A DNA stretch of 62,446 nt, filler included, from Sluysia triapertura (taxonomy: Eukaryota), in assembly GCA_046118255.1 (NCBI GenBank). It is 5 parts of 5 records of this genome, joined end to end, with 100 filler letters (N's around TTAATTAATTAA, not from the genome) between each part and the next. Parts side by side here need not be neighbours in the genome. Positions count along the whole stretch, not along the records: positions 50,872 to 62,446 come from JBJNIA010183246.1; 4 more parts are not named here. One strand, given 5' to 3'. Positions within the stretch are counted from its first letter, which is position 1, and every line of letters begins with the position of its first letter. The translations under genes and the position numbers were made by a program. Below are positions 50,872 to 62,446 of this stretch, piece by piece. Below the pieces are notes generated by a model. It made no database searches, was not told the origin of the DNA, and saw only the letters and a list, made by a program, of their open reading frames with translations.

Positions 50872-52657
50872 ATAGCTAAAATCGTTATCGATTTTTGACA
50901 TTTTTAGTGCTAAATCATAAATGCGCTTGATAAAGGATTCATGAAGATGATTAATTTCGTAACAATAATTTTTCTTAATTACATAAATTCTTATAAATTT
51001 TGAATCAAATAACTTTTTTAACTGTATTGTCACCTTTTATGTAGTTTATTTTTCTTTTTAGCAGCCATTTTTTATTTTTGGTTAGGCTTTTTTATTGGCT
51101 ACTGATGAATTTTTATTTCTTATTTGGCTTTTCGACTAAATAGATTGATCAATAAAACAGCCTTAGCTTGTTCTTACAGTTATTGTTATTGTTATAGTTA
51201 TTATTGTTATTACAGTTATTATTATACGTTACTATTATATTTGTAAGATTCATTGTGACTATTAAAACCAAAAGGAACATACCAACTAAATTCAACAAAT
51301 TCTGTAATAATTTCTATTTCACCGATGCACAACTTTCTGATATTGATTTGCTTTATCTTTCGTTTCTTAGTTCTTTTTACGAGTTTTTCCGTTTCGGTTT
51401 TGATTAGTTGGTGCTATGGTATAATTTATTCTTTAAATTTATTTATTTCACTTGCTTTTTGTAGTACCTGTAAACTTCTTTAGGTAATCTACATTTTTCA
51501 GAAGTAATAAATTTATATACTGCTGTTCTTAGGTTTGGTCTCTTTCGTTTTAGAGCTCATTAGCTAAACTTGATTCTGGCATTTTATTTGAATCAATAGT
51601 TTCTTTATTTGTTTCATGTAATTTTTTTAATTGGTTTTTCATAGCCGCTTGCACAAATTTTGTATGTCTTTTTCAATTGCATTGGTGTTGATAAAATAAT
51701 TTTTTGGCTGCTTGTGATTGATTTTTTTTGAAATTTAAATTACATTTGCATAAACTTTACATTATTTTTGTTTTCTTTAGATCTTGCATTTTATGTTTCA
51801 TGCTTTCTTTCAGAAGATTCTTCAGTAAATCTAATTGTTGATGTATTTCTACTTTACAAGAAAATTCTTATACTTCATTATTTCCTTGCATCTTTTCTTA
51901 TTTAAGAAGAAAAAACGAAAGTAATTCTTTGAAAGGTTCAATGTATCTTAAAAGTGATAAAATTGTACAATGAGTTCAGTTCCGTTTTCAATGTGTTTTG
52001 TAGAGCCAAATAGTTTTGACAGAAATCTCATGCTATTTTATACTTTAAGGTTTGAAGTTTTTATATGTTAAAAACATAAAGTTTTGAAATGTTAAAGTGT
52101 TTGTATGTTTGTGCATTAGTTTTAATGGTTTGTTGAAAATGTGGTATTATTGTGAATACGATGTTTTGTTAGTTTGTGTGAAGCAAAATTTTAAAGGAGT
52201 TGAACCACCACACATTACATCATATCATTTTACTTTAAAATAAAATTTCCTCTCTTTGGCAATTATTGACAATCGGTGCATGTCGAATTTTCATCACATT
52301 ATAATATGGAATTTAATAACTACATCACTAAATAGGCTTTTGCGCAATAATTATAAAGCACTAATAAAAATTAATATTTATAAATATGGTAAACTTAGCT
52401 TTATAAATGTAACAAGATATCCGATCGAATTTAAGTCACTAAAAAATTAATGTATTGATCATATCATATTACGTGATTAACTTCAGCAAATTATTAAATG
52501 AAGGATTTTTTTAAAGTTTGTTAACATTTGTTACAGAATTTATTTATAATTGTTTAAATATGATTTAATTTAATTTATTTTTTGATGAAAATGTAAAATT
52601 TTTGTAGAATTTATTGTAAAATTTATTGTTTTGTAATACCTATATTTTTAAATATAG

Positions 52658-53195
52658 GTTAACATCAACATGGAAACATAATTCCAACTCGGTGTGTTCT
52701 TCCAGTCCTTTGTCTTCATCCACTCCAGTTAAATATTCACCAGGTTCCGGACCTCATGTTCCAGTTTCTGCTGGTCCTCCATCTGATTCTGAGTTATTGT
52801 CTCATCTTTTACCTATTTTTGGAACTCACTGTTCAACAGTTTCTCCACCATCCGCATGTCCTTCTGGAGTTCCTGAATCTGCGGTCCACTTTTTGATACC
52901 TAGAAGAAATAGACAAATGAATATCCCAAAGTATAATTTCTATGATTCTAAACCACAAGTACGTACTGATACAGCTCACACTGGAATTGATATTTTGGAA
53001 ACTAGTCCTCTAGCATGTAATGTTGAACAAACTCATTCTATTACTACTCAGAGTAATATAACTCAAAATCCTGTAAATTGTAACACTGCTTCAACAAATT
53101 CTGTTATTGCTAGTTCTTTAATGGGTCCAGATCTAAACAAGTTTATAATAAATATTGTTCAGAACCAACAAAGAAATGTGCAAAATGTCTTACAG
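52658..53195 (+). CDS. Internal exon of an unidentified Ser/Pro/Thr-rich protein
   Basis: TAG acceptor at 52657, CAG|GT donor at 53195/6, open frame with GC-richer codons; phase 0 end matches the exon at 57767. Confidence 0.8.
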
Positions 53196-53317
53196 GTTAC
53201 TTAATTTATGCTATGTCGTTACTTAATGTCGTTTTCCCAACAGAGGACCTAATTGTATATTTCACAGCCCACTTCATGCTTAAGCAGCATAATCATTATA
53301 TATTTTGACAGCTGATA

Positions 53318-54236
53318 TAATAAGGCTTGTTAAAAATTTTGTTTGTTTCTTTGCAGTAGTTTTGGTTTGGAGCCATATCAAATCGAAAGCAGTATTTTCG
53401 GCATATTTTACTCTTATTATCGAAAAGGCAAAGATGCAGTTAAAGCAAGGTGAAAATTATGTGATGCGTATGGATAAGATGTATTGACCTAAATTTCGTT
53501 CCGGAAATTTCGATGATGGAGGGCCCAATGAAGACAAAATAAAGGCATTGATAGATTCAAACCACTGAATGACAACTCGTGAGATTTCTGAGAAGTTAAA
53601 TTTGTCCATATAGATTTCAGGATCACCTGAAACGCCTTGGCTTAATTTCATAACTTGACATATGGGTTTGATATGTGTTCTTACAGATCGAAACTTGTTT
53701 TGTCGCATTAAAACAAGTTGCTTCTCAAACGTTAAGAAAGTGATCCATTTTTGAAGCGAATAGGTTGTTTGCAAAAATCGTGAAGGTATCGTGAAGTAAA
53801 AAAGATGAACGAGCTCAAAGCACCAAAAAAGTTATGTTATCTATTTGGTGAAATTTCAAAGGGATCGTTTTTTATTTCTATCGGACTACATCACGATTAA
53901 TTCTGAAGTTTACTGTGATTAACTGGACAAATTGAAAAGGCTCAAACAGAAAAGGCCAGAATTTATCAATAATGTGAGATTTCATACAAGTTTCGTAACT
54001 CGCCAAAAGCTTTTACAGCTTGAATGGGATATACTATCCCATACTTGGCACCTTTAGACTATTACTTGTTTCGATTTCTGCAAAATTTTTTGGACGGGAA
54101 GACTTTCACTTCAATTCAAGTCGTCAAATATCACTTGGACCAGTTTTTTGCCAGTAAATATCAGAAGTTTTATGATTTAATAAAATGTTTATATACTGTA
54201 AAAATCATGTTTCACTACTTTCCGAACAACTCAATA
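53318..54236 (+). mobile_element. Mariner transposon, decayed, within an intron
   Basis: QYFRHILL..YRKGKDA, KFRSGNFD, and PYLAPLDYYLFRFLQNFLDGKTFTSIQVVKYHLDQFFASKYQKFY (YSPDLAPSDY motif). Right end TTTCCGAACAACTCAATA; left TIR degraded. Confidence 0.9.
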
Positions 54237-54749
54237 AATATTTTATTTCTTGATGAGTATTTAGTAAGTATAAATATTTTAAGAAAATTGTTGATGAAAT
54301 TTCAGCTAAAGTGTGTCGCAACAAGCAAAAAGTTGAGAATAACTATAATAAAGTCTTATCGAACATCGTTCTAGTATGTTGGATGGTTTGTTTTCCACCT
54401 AGCAATGGTATCATTTGTTAGTATTAGTTTCTGACTTGGCAATACCAGAAATCGTAGAAAGTCTGATATTGATCTCCTTCGCAATTTTTATCACGAACTT
54501 AGCATTTTTAAATTAATGAAATCGGATATTAAAAATATAAAGCAATTTATTGATTAAAAAGTTATTTTATGTACATTTTATATAATTTATATAACTTTAA
54601 TATATTTTAAACAAATTATGTTTGATTAATGTGGTTAGTAAGATTTTAGTATAATAATTTGAAGGTATTTAAAAGCAATTTAATTCAAATCAAAGGATAT
54701 GTTCACCGATAAACAATACTTAATTCATTTATAAAATACAGTTGCTCAC

Positions 54750-57520
54750 TTGAAAATTTGCGCAGGACAAATGCCCACAAGTGTTTCGCACAGAAAATTC
54801 CTTTTAATGTTGTAGTATGTATTTGCTTAATAAAAACGTTAGCCATTTACCCAATCAACATCTGCAAATTTTGACATTCCAGACCATTATAATACAGGGA
54901 GAGATTATACGGATAAAATTTTGGCTCCAGGCGGTAAATATTTATTAATGGGATTAAAAAAGAAATTTATGGGGATAGCAAATTTGATAAAATTCTGAAA
55001 ATATTTTAACAATAGTATTCGTGGCAACTGCCAAAGTCGGCAATTCTTACATTTTTTATGAAAGAACCAGAAATATTCATGAATGTTTCACATTCTAAAG
55101 CTTTCACTTCCTAATTTATTGCCTCAAAAAATTTTAGTGGATTTTGAAAAGGCTTTCATAAATTCTAAGTGTATTGTCATTCAATTTGCTGAAGTATAAG
55201 GATCCTATTTTCATCTTTCGCAAAGTATTAAGAAAATTCGAAAATGATCGATAAAAAATTAAATTATGCTGCAGCATTGATTTTTGTTCTCCCAGGTGAT
55301 GTACGTCACATTTCTGATCAACTTGCAACTACATTTCCCAATGAAAAAGTGCTAACATACTTTTCAACACACATCTAAGAAGCAGCAGGAAGAAAACTTA
55401 CCAAAAACAAAAAATTGTTGAGGTATTCAACAATGATTTAAATTCATTATTTCATTATAGTCGCCTGAAGAATACTTGACAGATTTAAAAATGATTTGAC
55501 TTTCTACATCTTTACATTGGTGAATGTTGGGGCAAGTTCTTTTGAAGAAAGAACGTCAATGTGTTAATTTATATTCGACCATGGCGAATCACGTTGAAAA
55601 TTATAATACAAAGTGCAGTATTTGTGAAAACTAGCTAATTTGCAATAATAATAATAATAATAATTTACAATAATTTTTTATTTTGTTTAGATATAATATA
55701 TATTTTGTATTTCACTTATACTTTCTTTTAAAATAATTTATTACAAGAAACAATTATGTATAATTTATTATAAACTTTGTGCAATAATTAAATAATATGA
55801 ATAAAATAAATTTTTCACTTTAATTTTTAAAATTTATTCTTGATAGTTCCTTTGCTAATAATGGAAAACAATTTATTGTAATTTATAATTTTTAACTTGC
55901 GTTTAACAAATAAACTTCATATAACTTTATTCTTTCTCGTAAAACTTGTACTTTATTTGTTTATTGCAAATTTTAACTTTCTTTCTATTTATATACTTTT
56001 AATTCCTTTTATAGATTACTCAATAATTTCTTTTATAAAAGATTATTATTCAAAGCTTATTCGTTTACTTATCTCTCTTTCTTACCTAAATTTAAATTCA
56101 CTTTGTAACTTTAGTTTAAATGTATAATAACTTGTTTAATTTATTTAATCTCTTTTTCAAATTTGGAGAGTTTGATACTCACTGTTCTAAAGTGCTACTA
56201 AAGCTTAAGTGGCATAATTTTAAATCTTTAACCCTCGAAAACAAATTAAGCCTTTAAATTTTTTCTCGAATTAAATCTTCAATTTTTTATTAAATCAAAA
56301 TCTTTAAGTCTATATCGAGTTAAATATCTATCAAGTTAAACTCCCTATCAAATCTTTACAGTTTTGTTTTTCAATCCCTTTTAAACAAATAAGTTTTATT
56401 TAAACGATATATAATAATTACTGCTATTATTACAAATACAACGAATTTTCATAACATCCATAGAAGTTTTTATAAAACAATAATCGTAATAATTCAATTT
56501 TATAAAAGGGTTGTTTAAATCTTAAACATGAATTTAATAACAAGTCACTTACGTGTGTAAATCAAAATTATGTTCAAAAATGTTCGTTGTGACAGAAACA
56601 CGTTTGAATGATTTATAGCTAGTGGTTTTTTAAACAAAAATGTTATTCATTAGTAAATGCAGATGTGTTTTCATGTTTGTCATGAAATTTCATAATTCTC
56701 TACAATGTAACTTTGTTTTTCGATAGATGAAAATAGGACACCCCAAAAAATATTTACATATTTTGGAGTGGAAATTAATAAGTCCTGTTTTATTTTCGGG
56801 GAAACGCAGTAGAAAATTATTAAAATTTATCATTCACTATTCTTATTCAACATTTATTAATCTAGTAGTATTTCATATACATCACTACTATTTCCAAAAT
56901 TCCTAGAAAATTAACATTAAAACTTAATATTTTATTCGTACTAATCATCATTTAACATTTATTAATCTCGTAGTATGGAATAAACAAATGCATATTCAAT
57001 ATTATTGTTTGTAAAATTTCAGAAAATCAAAATATATCATTCAGCATTAATTATCCTCTGTCTGTTTATCTTGTGAAAATTTTACTGATCATACATAAGT
57101 TTAATAATTCATCATTCATTTTGATTTCGTATCTAATTAATATATTTAGCGAGTTTTTATTCATTTATCAATAACTAAATATTAACAAAATTTAATTCAA
57201 ATATTTCATAAACATCATTCATTAGCAGCATTTATTAAAAATATTTGAGTACTTAATTTTGAATACTTACTTTGCAGTAGATACGAGCGCAGTATAACTT
57301 AATTTATTATATTATATATTATATCACATTCATTTATAAAAAAGCATTAGTCAAATATATTCAGTAAAAATTTTTAATTTAGTCTTAATATAATTGTATT
57401 AATTAATTTATATTAATAGCATGCGTTAATTTCTGCGTGAGCAATTTTCTATGTGGATAACTTTTGCGTAAGCACTTTGCTGGTGCGCAACTTTCTGTTT
57501 TTTCTGTGCGGATATTTCGA
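54750..57520 (+). mobile_element. Mutator/MULE element remnant (transposase fragments about 54840-55640) with inverted subterminal repeat arrays
   Basis: LVDFEKAFINSKCIVIQFAEV*GSYFHLSQSIKKIRK (DFE...CxFH) and AALIFVLPGDVRHISDQL..YF. GAAAATTTGCGCA and CGCACAGAAAA at 54752-54798 are inverted relative to TGCGCAACTTTC and TTTTCTGTGCG at 57484-57511. The outer extent is inferred. Confidence 0.7.
56728..56811. mobile_element. pogo/Tigger-like MITE remnant
   Basis: TTATTTTCGGGGAAACGCAG-TA end and internal GAAAATAGGACACCCC resemble CCGTGTTTCCCCGAAAATAAGAC termini. Confidence 0.45.
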
Positions 57521-57766
57521 ATGGATAAAATGAGATATATACATAACTCATTACATTCAGTACTCGAATTATTATTGTAGCTTTAAGCGTTGCTTATATT
57601 ACAATTTTTATAATAAATCAGTCTTTAATAGGTTTAATAGATCGAGCATGGAATTATTTTGCATTTAAAAAATTAAAGTTGCATTCATGTCGATATAATT
57701 GTTACATAATTAAAAATACGTACTTAAAAGAATTATTAAACATTCTTATCTTAATTTTATTGGTAG

Positions 57767-58085
57767 ACTGGTCATATTCCTCCTCTGGCTTACATGCAAA
57801 GTCTAATTCCTGTCACATCAGGTACTGGTTCCAATACTGCTACACTTAATTCAGGCTCCAATTTGACTTTTACACCACCATCACATTTGATTCATTCTCA
57901 TCACCATCCTCATAACTATATACCAAGCGGACCTACTTCAATTCCTGTTACTGTTTCTGCACCGGGTGCAGTGGCAGCAACTCCACTCACAGAAGTGTAT
58001 ACAGCCTCAACTAATTCAAATTCTATTTCTGGATCTAATGCTAGTCCATATAATGCGGCTTTTGATAGGATGAATCAGTTTTCAA
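57767..58085 (+). CDS. Penultimate exon of the same Ser/Pro/Thr/His-rich gene
   Basis: TAG acceptor at 57766 (phase 0), TGHIPPLAYMQSLIPVT...HHHPH...AFDRMNQFS, A|GTAATT donor at 58085/6 (phase 1). Confidence 0.8.
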
Positions 58086-58328
58086 GTAATTTATATTCCT
58101 GTTATGTGGCATTTTATATTTTGTTTATTGTTACCTCTGTCTCCTTACTGATATATTGCATGATATATATTGAAATATTTATGAAAACTTGGACTCTGCG
58201 AATGATAAGAGAATTTGTAAAATAATTAAGAATTAAAAATGCTTAATTTAATATTTTTCATTTGAGTTCTTTGCAAAATTATTACAAATTTTTTAAGTAA
58301 ATAAATTTCGTTTGTTTGTTTATATTAA

Positions 58329-58542
58329 CCATTTGAGTGCCAGGAGCGCGATCGCGCTTGCTCGTTATTTTCACTTATTATGTTGAAATTATAATATATT
58401 AAATTTATAAAATTTATTTTATGATTTTGTAATACTTTTCGTAATAAAATGCTTAGAAAATTATTTTTTTAATTTTCATTTTTGTGTAGCATCCCTGGCA
58501 CTTTTAGATAATTCTCTAAAAATCATGTTGGCACTCAAAGGG
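58329..58542. mobile_element. piggyBac-type MITE with TTAA target duplication, intronic
   Basis: TTAA-CCATTTGAGTGCCA ... TGGCACTCAAAGGG-TTAA (13/14 inverted match), plus an internal inverted copy CCTGGCACT. Confidence 0.88.
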
Positions 58543-58806
58543 TTAATTTTTGCTTTTTAGACTTTACAGCTTTTTGAATTTGTATTTATAATTGATTAAA
58601 GACATTTCTATTAATTTCTGTGTTATGTTTGGTTTCGTAAATAATTTGATTTTCAAAAATGTAATAATTGTTATAAAACTACGTTCTTTTTTCATTAAAT
58701 AATACTTAATTTTTATTCTTCATTGATTGAAAAAATGCAGAAATTAATAGAAATGTGTTTATTTTTTCGGAAATAAATTATTATATTATTGTTTATTTAT
58801 TTTTAG

Positions 58807-58859
58807 CGCCATCTTACTCAATACCAATTGGTCATATGAATGCACATCATCTTCCTTAA
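58807..58859 (+). CDS. Terminal coding exon of the same gene (TPSYSIPIGHMNAHHLP*)
   Basis: Strong T-rich TTTTAG acceptor at 58806; phase 1 matches the previous donor; composition continues; TAA at 58857-59. Confidence 0.7.
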
Positions 58860-61800
58860 TGAATGTTGTTAATGACTATTCAGTTTAATGTCGTGCCTTG
58901 ATTAATTGAACCTATCGAATTTAGCCATACAATATATTCTAGCCATCGCAATTTGGTATCGTTTATTTCTGTTATTATCTCTTTCATTCCTTGATTTTCT
59001 TGTCTGATCTTCCCAAGTGTCACAAATCCAGTATCAAAGTAATAAATAAGATAATTTTAATTTTATTGAATTATATTGTGGTAATTTTAGTTATTTTTAT
59101 CAAGTACTTGTTTATATCTATATTTTCACAATACATGAATTTTATTTAATTAAATACCACAATTTTGACAATTTAGCTTTTATGCTTCCTTCGATTTTGG
59201 AATTTTATGTACGTGATTTAAATTTATGAAAATTAATATTCATGCGATTCATTATATCGTCATGTAAGTTTTATTTATACTTTGATTTGGTATTTGTTGA
59301 GTTTCAGAAGCTTGATTGCGTTTTTAGAGCCAATAGGATTTATCAATCATGTGTTTGATTTTTATTATATATAGTGTTATTAAACAATTTTATATTTATA
59401 TTTTTATTGATATTATAAATAGGTTAAAATTATAATTTTACTTACTGAAATTTATTAGTATTTGAGCAGTGTTGTAAATGTTTTTTAGTTATTCCCACAA
59501 TAAATATATAATTTTATTTTTTTGAATTTATAAGAAAATTAAAGTGTATTTTTATGACATGTTTGATAAAAATATTTTTATGCATAAATATTCTTAAAAA
59601 GAATTTTTTTAAAAATACGGTTGAATTATTATTTTCCACCTAAATTCTGTTATTTAATTGTTTAAATAATGTACACTCACTTTTAAAGGTTACTAGTAGT
59701 TGGTGAACATGTATTTTGTTTATGCATTCATCTTTTTATACATATCCCTTAAAGCATGCAGAATACAGTAACTCAGGTACTTTCAAATTGTAAGCAATAC
59801 CGGAACTTATAGCATTTCGTATAAATCATAATTAACCAGTATATTTATAGAGTTTTTCGATTAATTTAATACCTATGTACTGCATCTTAAATTAACAGTA
59901 TATGTCAAACAATACTTTACATGCAAAACATTTGAAATTTTTTTAATTTGATTAAAAATTCTGAAGTATAATTTTTAGTATCATGAAAAAATTTTAGCCG
60001 GTATTAAGTAAATTATATTATTGTAAAGTATTGATTTTAATTATGAATGAATTTATTTTGATTAATACCTATCATTTTTCTACGTAGTGTAATATTATGT
60101 GGGAGTAATGTGTGTCCTGTGCTTGTTAAAAGCACTTAAAATTGTTATATAGCTTATTAATCGGTTGGATTGTGAAATACTGTTGTAACTATTGTTTTTT
60201 ATTCTTTTGTATTTGAATGTAGTTAATCAATATTTTTGCGCAACAGATACTCAAATTATTTTTGATACTTAGAGTTTCTGTTTATAAAATTATCAGCACT
60301 TGTAATAATCATATTTAAATTTTGTTATAAATTAGAATCTTTCAGTATTAAGTCAAACAGGATATTTTGAAATTGATTTTTATATTTTTTGTTAATATGA
60401 AGTATTGTAAGAATATAATGTGTTACAATTTACATTTTATTGTTTAACATTAGAATCGATCTATGTTTATATTTTATCTTTGTCATTGTTTAGAAAAATT
60501 ATCAATTAAATAATATTAATAATTCAATTGATTATTATGCGTAATATAAGTTTTGTCTGTCTAATATAATAAATGATGCGTACTTACAATGTGTTTTAAA
60601 TTTAACCTTCATGTAAACTTAATTTTTTTTTGAATGAATTTGATTTTAAAACAATATATAGCAATTTTATATATTGTTTTGAAATCTGGATTTAGGAATT
60701 AGTAATTTAATGGATAAATTTTTAATATGGTGGTGAGACTGTATTCCGTCGAATAAGTTCTAATTATTTACTTCATTGATATAACAATAAGTGGTGTATT
60801 ACTGACATTTTTAAATATATGGGATCTTAACAATATTTAATATAAAATGACGAATTATAGTTTGACATGTAAATATTATACTTTGATGTTTATATTAATT
60901 ATTTATCTTAAGGTTATTATACTGTTAGTGTTTCATCAATAAATAAAGTGTCAAATACTTGATATTGAAGTTTGATATTGTTTCGTTTAGAAATTTCATT
61001 GTTAATAATTTATTTCGTTCTCTGTACAAAATAAGCAAGTGTATATTTACCAAAACCACCAATCTCTTAATGTGTATTAACACTACACATACCTGGTTTG
61101 TTTTAGCTTATATCATAAATTGACTTAAATTATGTTGGGATTGTCAAAATTTATATTTCATAACTTATACCACATAAAGATGGTTATTAAACATTTGGAA
61201 ATAAAAGTAACACCTATTAAAATTGGTTGAAATATTCCATTCATATTGGGTATGTTATAATTATGCACACCATATTCTTTGAATTATAACTTCAACAATG
61301 AAAATGTAAATTGCAATAAACTTTTGAGATTTACGTTTTGAATTGCGCAGATTTAGTCCTAATAAATTCTTTTATAGATTAATGTATATGAATTCTGAAT
61401 TATATTATTTTCTACGAATGCGTATGGTAGTAGGGAATTATTTCAATTCTGAAATTATTTTGAAATATGAACTTTTTAGGTTCATTGAATTTGATATAAT
61501 ACCAATAATAATATTTTAATAAAATCATTTGATTTGGAACAATAATAATAAAGGAAGATCATAGAAGAGAATTTTTCTCTTCTTTGATTGGATGAAAATA
61601 CTTCATAATTTTCACAATTTTAAATCGAAATTAATCTGTGATCAATAAATTTTAAATATGTTTGTCACTTAAATTTTTCGGAGAGATTATTGTCGGAAAG
61701 TTCTTTGAATATTGTTAATAATTAAGTAGTGTTTGGTTTCTTATAGAAGTCGTAAAATCATACTGAATATATTCTTGTAATCCTTTTTTTACTCGATTTA

Positions 61801-62446
61801 ACGAAAAGGGTAATTTTTAAACATTATATTAAACTAATTAAAATCTAATTGATATTTTTAGTGTACTATATGCTTAAATACAAACTTAATCAGTCGATAT
61901 ATAGAATTATTTAAAATAAAATATAATTTTAAAATAAAATAAATGCGTTTAAATTCATGCTTGAAAGAAAAGGTGCCGAGGACCAGGAAAAATATATGCA
62001 ACTAAGAAAATTTAAGAAAAGCAAGTGTGAGCTTGGAACGTAAACTATGTACTGTATCAGATTTGACCTAACAGTTGCGATGTACTGTGAATTTTATAAG
62101 GAGATCATTGAAACTTATTATTAAATTATCTTTGTTGAGTAATTGAGTAATATAAAGTATGAAATTTAGAATAATTACAGATTATATTTAACTTAAGATT
62201 TTGCATTATATGACATTATATTTTGGTGATGAGTGAAATAGTTCACTTTAAAGCTAGAATTTATCTTAATCCAAATACCATTTAACTTGATTGATTAATG
62301 TTTGCTTTTTATTTTACTTGACTTTAATGTGCGAGATGCCATAATTTGAATATTATTTCACCATGGATCTATACACATGAAAGGACAAAACTATAAAATA
62401 TTCACAACTGCATCAAAACACGCTTGTAAATAATCTAAATAATCGC

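Noticed and set aside
51000-52050. Lys/Gln-rich decayed minus-strand coding-like region
   Set aside because: Many stops and no identifiable domain.

Overview
Very AT-rich eukaryotic (metazoan-type) DNA with spliceosomal GT-AG introns, many (AAT/TTA)n microsatellites and a dense load of decayed transposons. It is not one contiguous locus: four identical 100-bp artificial linkers (N44-TTAATTAATTAA-N44) join five segments of about 11-15 kb, so adjacency across linkers should not be trusted. Host coding content: (i) two spliced exons of an ANKRD50-like ankyrin-repeat gene (+); (ii) an intronless 407-codon minus-strand frame broken by one in-frame TGA and carrying an Unkempt-type CCCH finger; (iii) the last exon of a divergent cyclin (G/I-like) gene (-); (iv) three 3' exons of an unidentified Ser/Pro/Thr/His-rich gene (+). 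Mobile DNA: a near full-length dead hAT (Buster/GTF2IRD2-type) element, a mariner, a MULE remnant, two piggyBac MITEs, L2 and Jockey-like LINE fragments, possible Penelope remnants, an LTR-like repeat family with a covarying hairpin, and a tRNA-like pseudogene. The most notable item is mostly invisible in the ORF track: a fossil Polinton/Maverick endogenous virus (packaging ATPase, small GG-motif protein, integrase-chromodomain, penton, probable pPolB tail) on the minus strand, in the presumed intron after the second ankyrin exon. All protein family calls come from manual translation and remembered family motifs; no database search was run.
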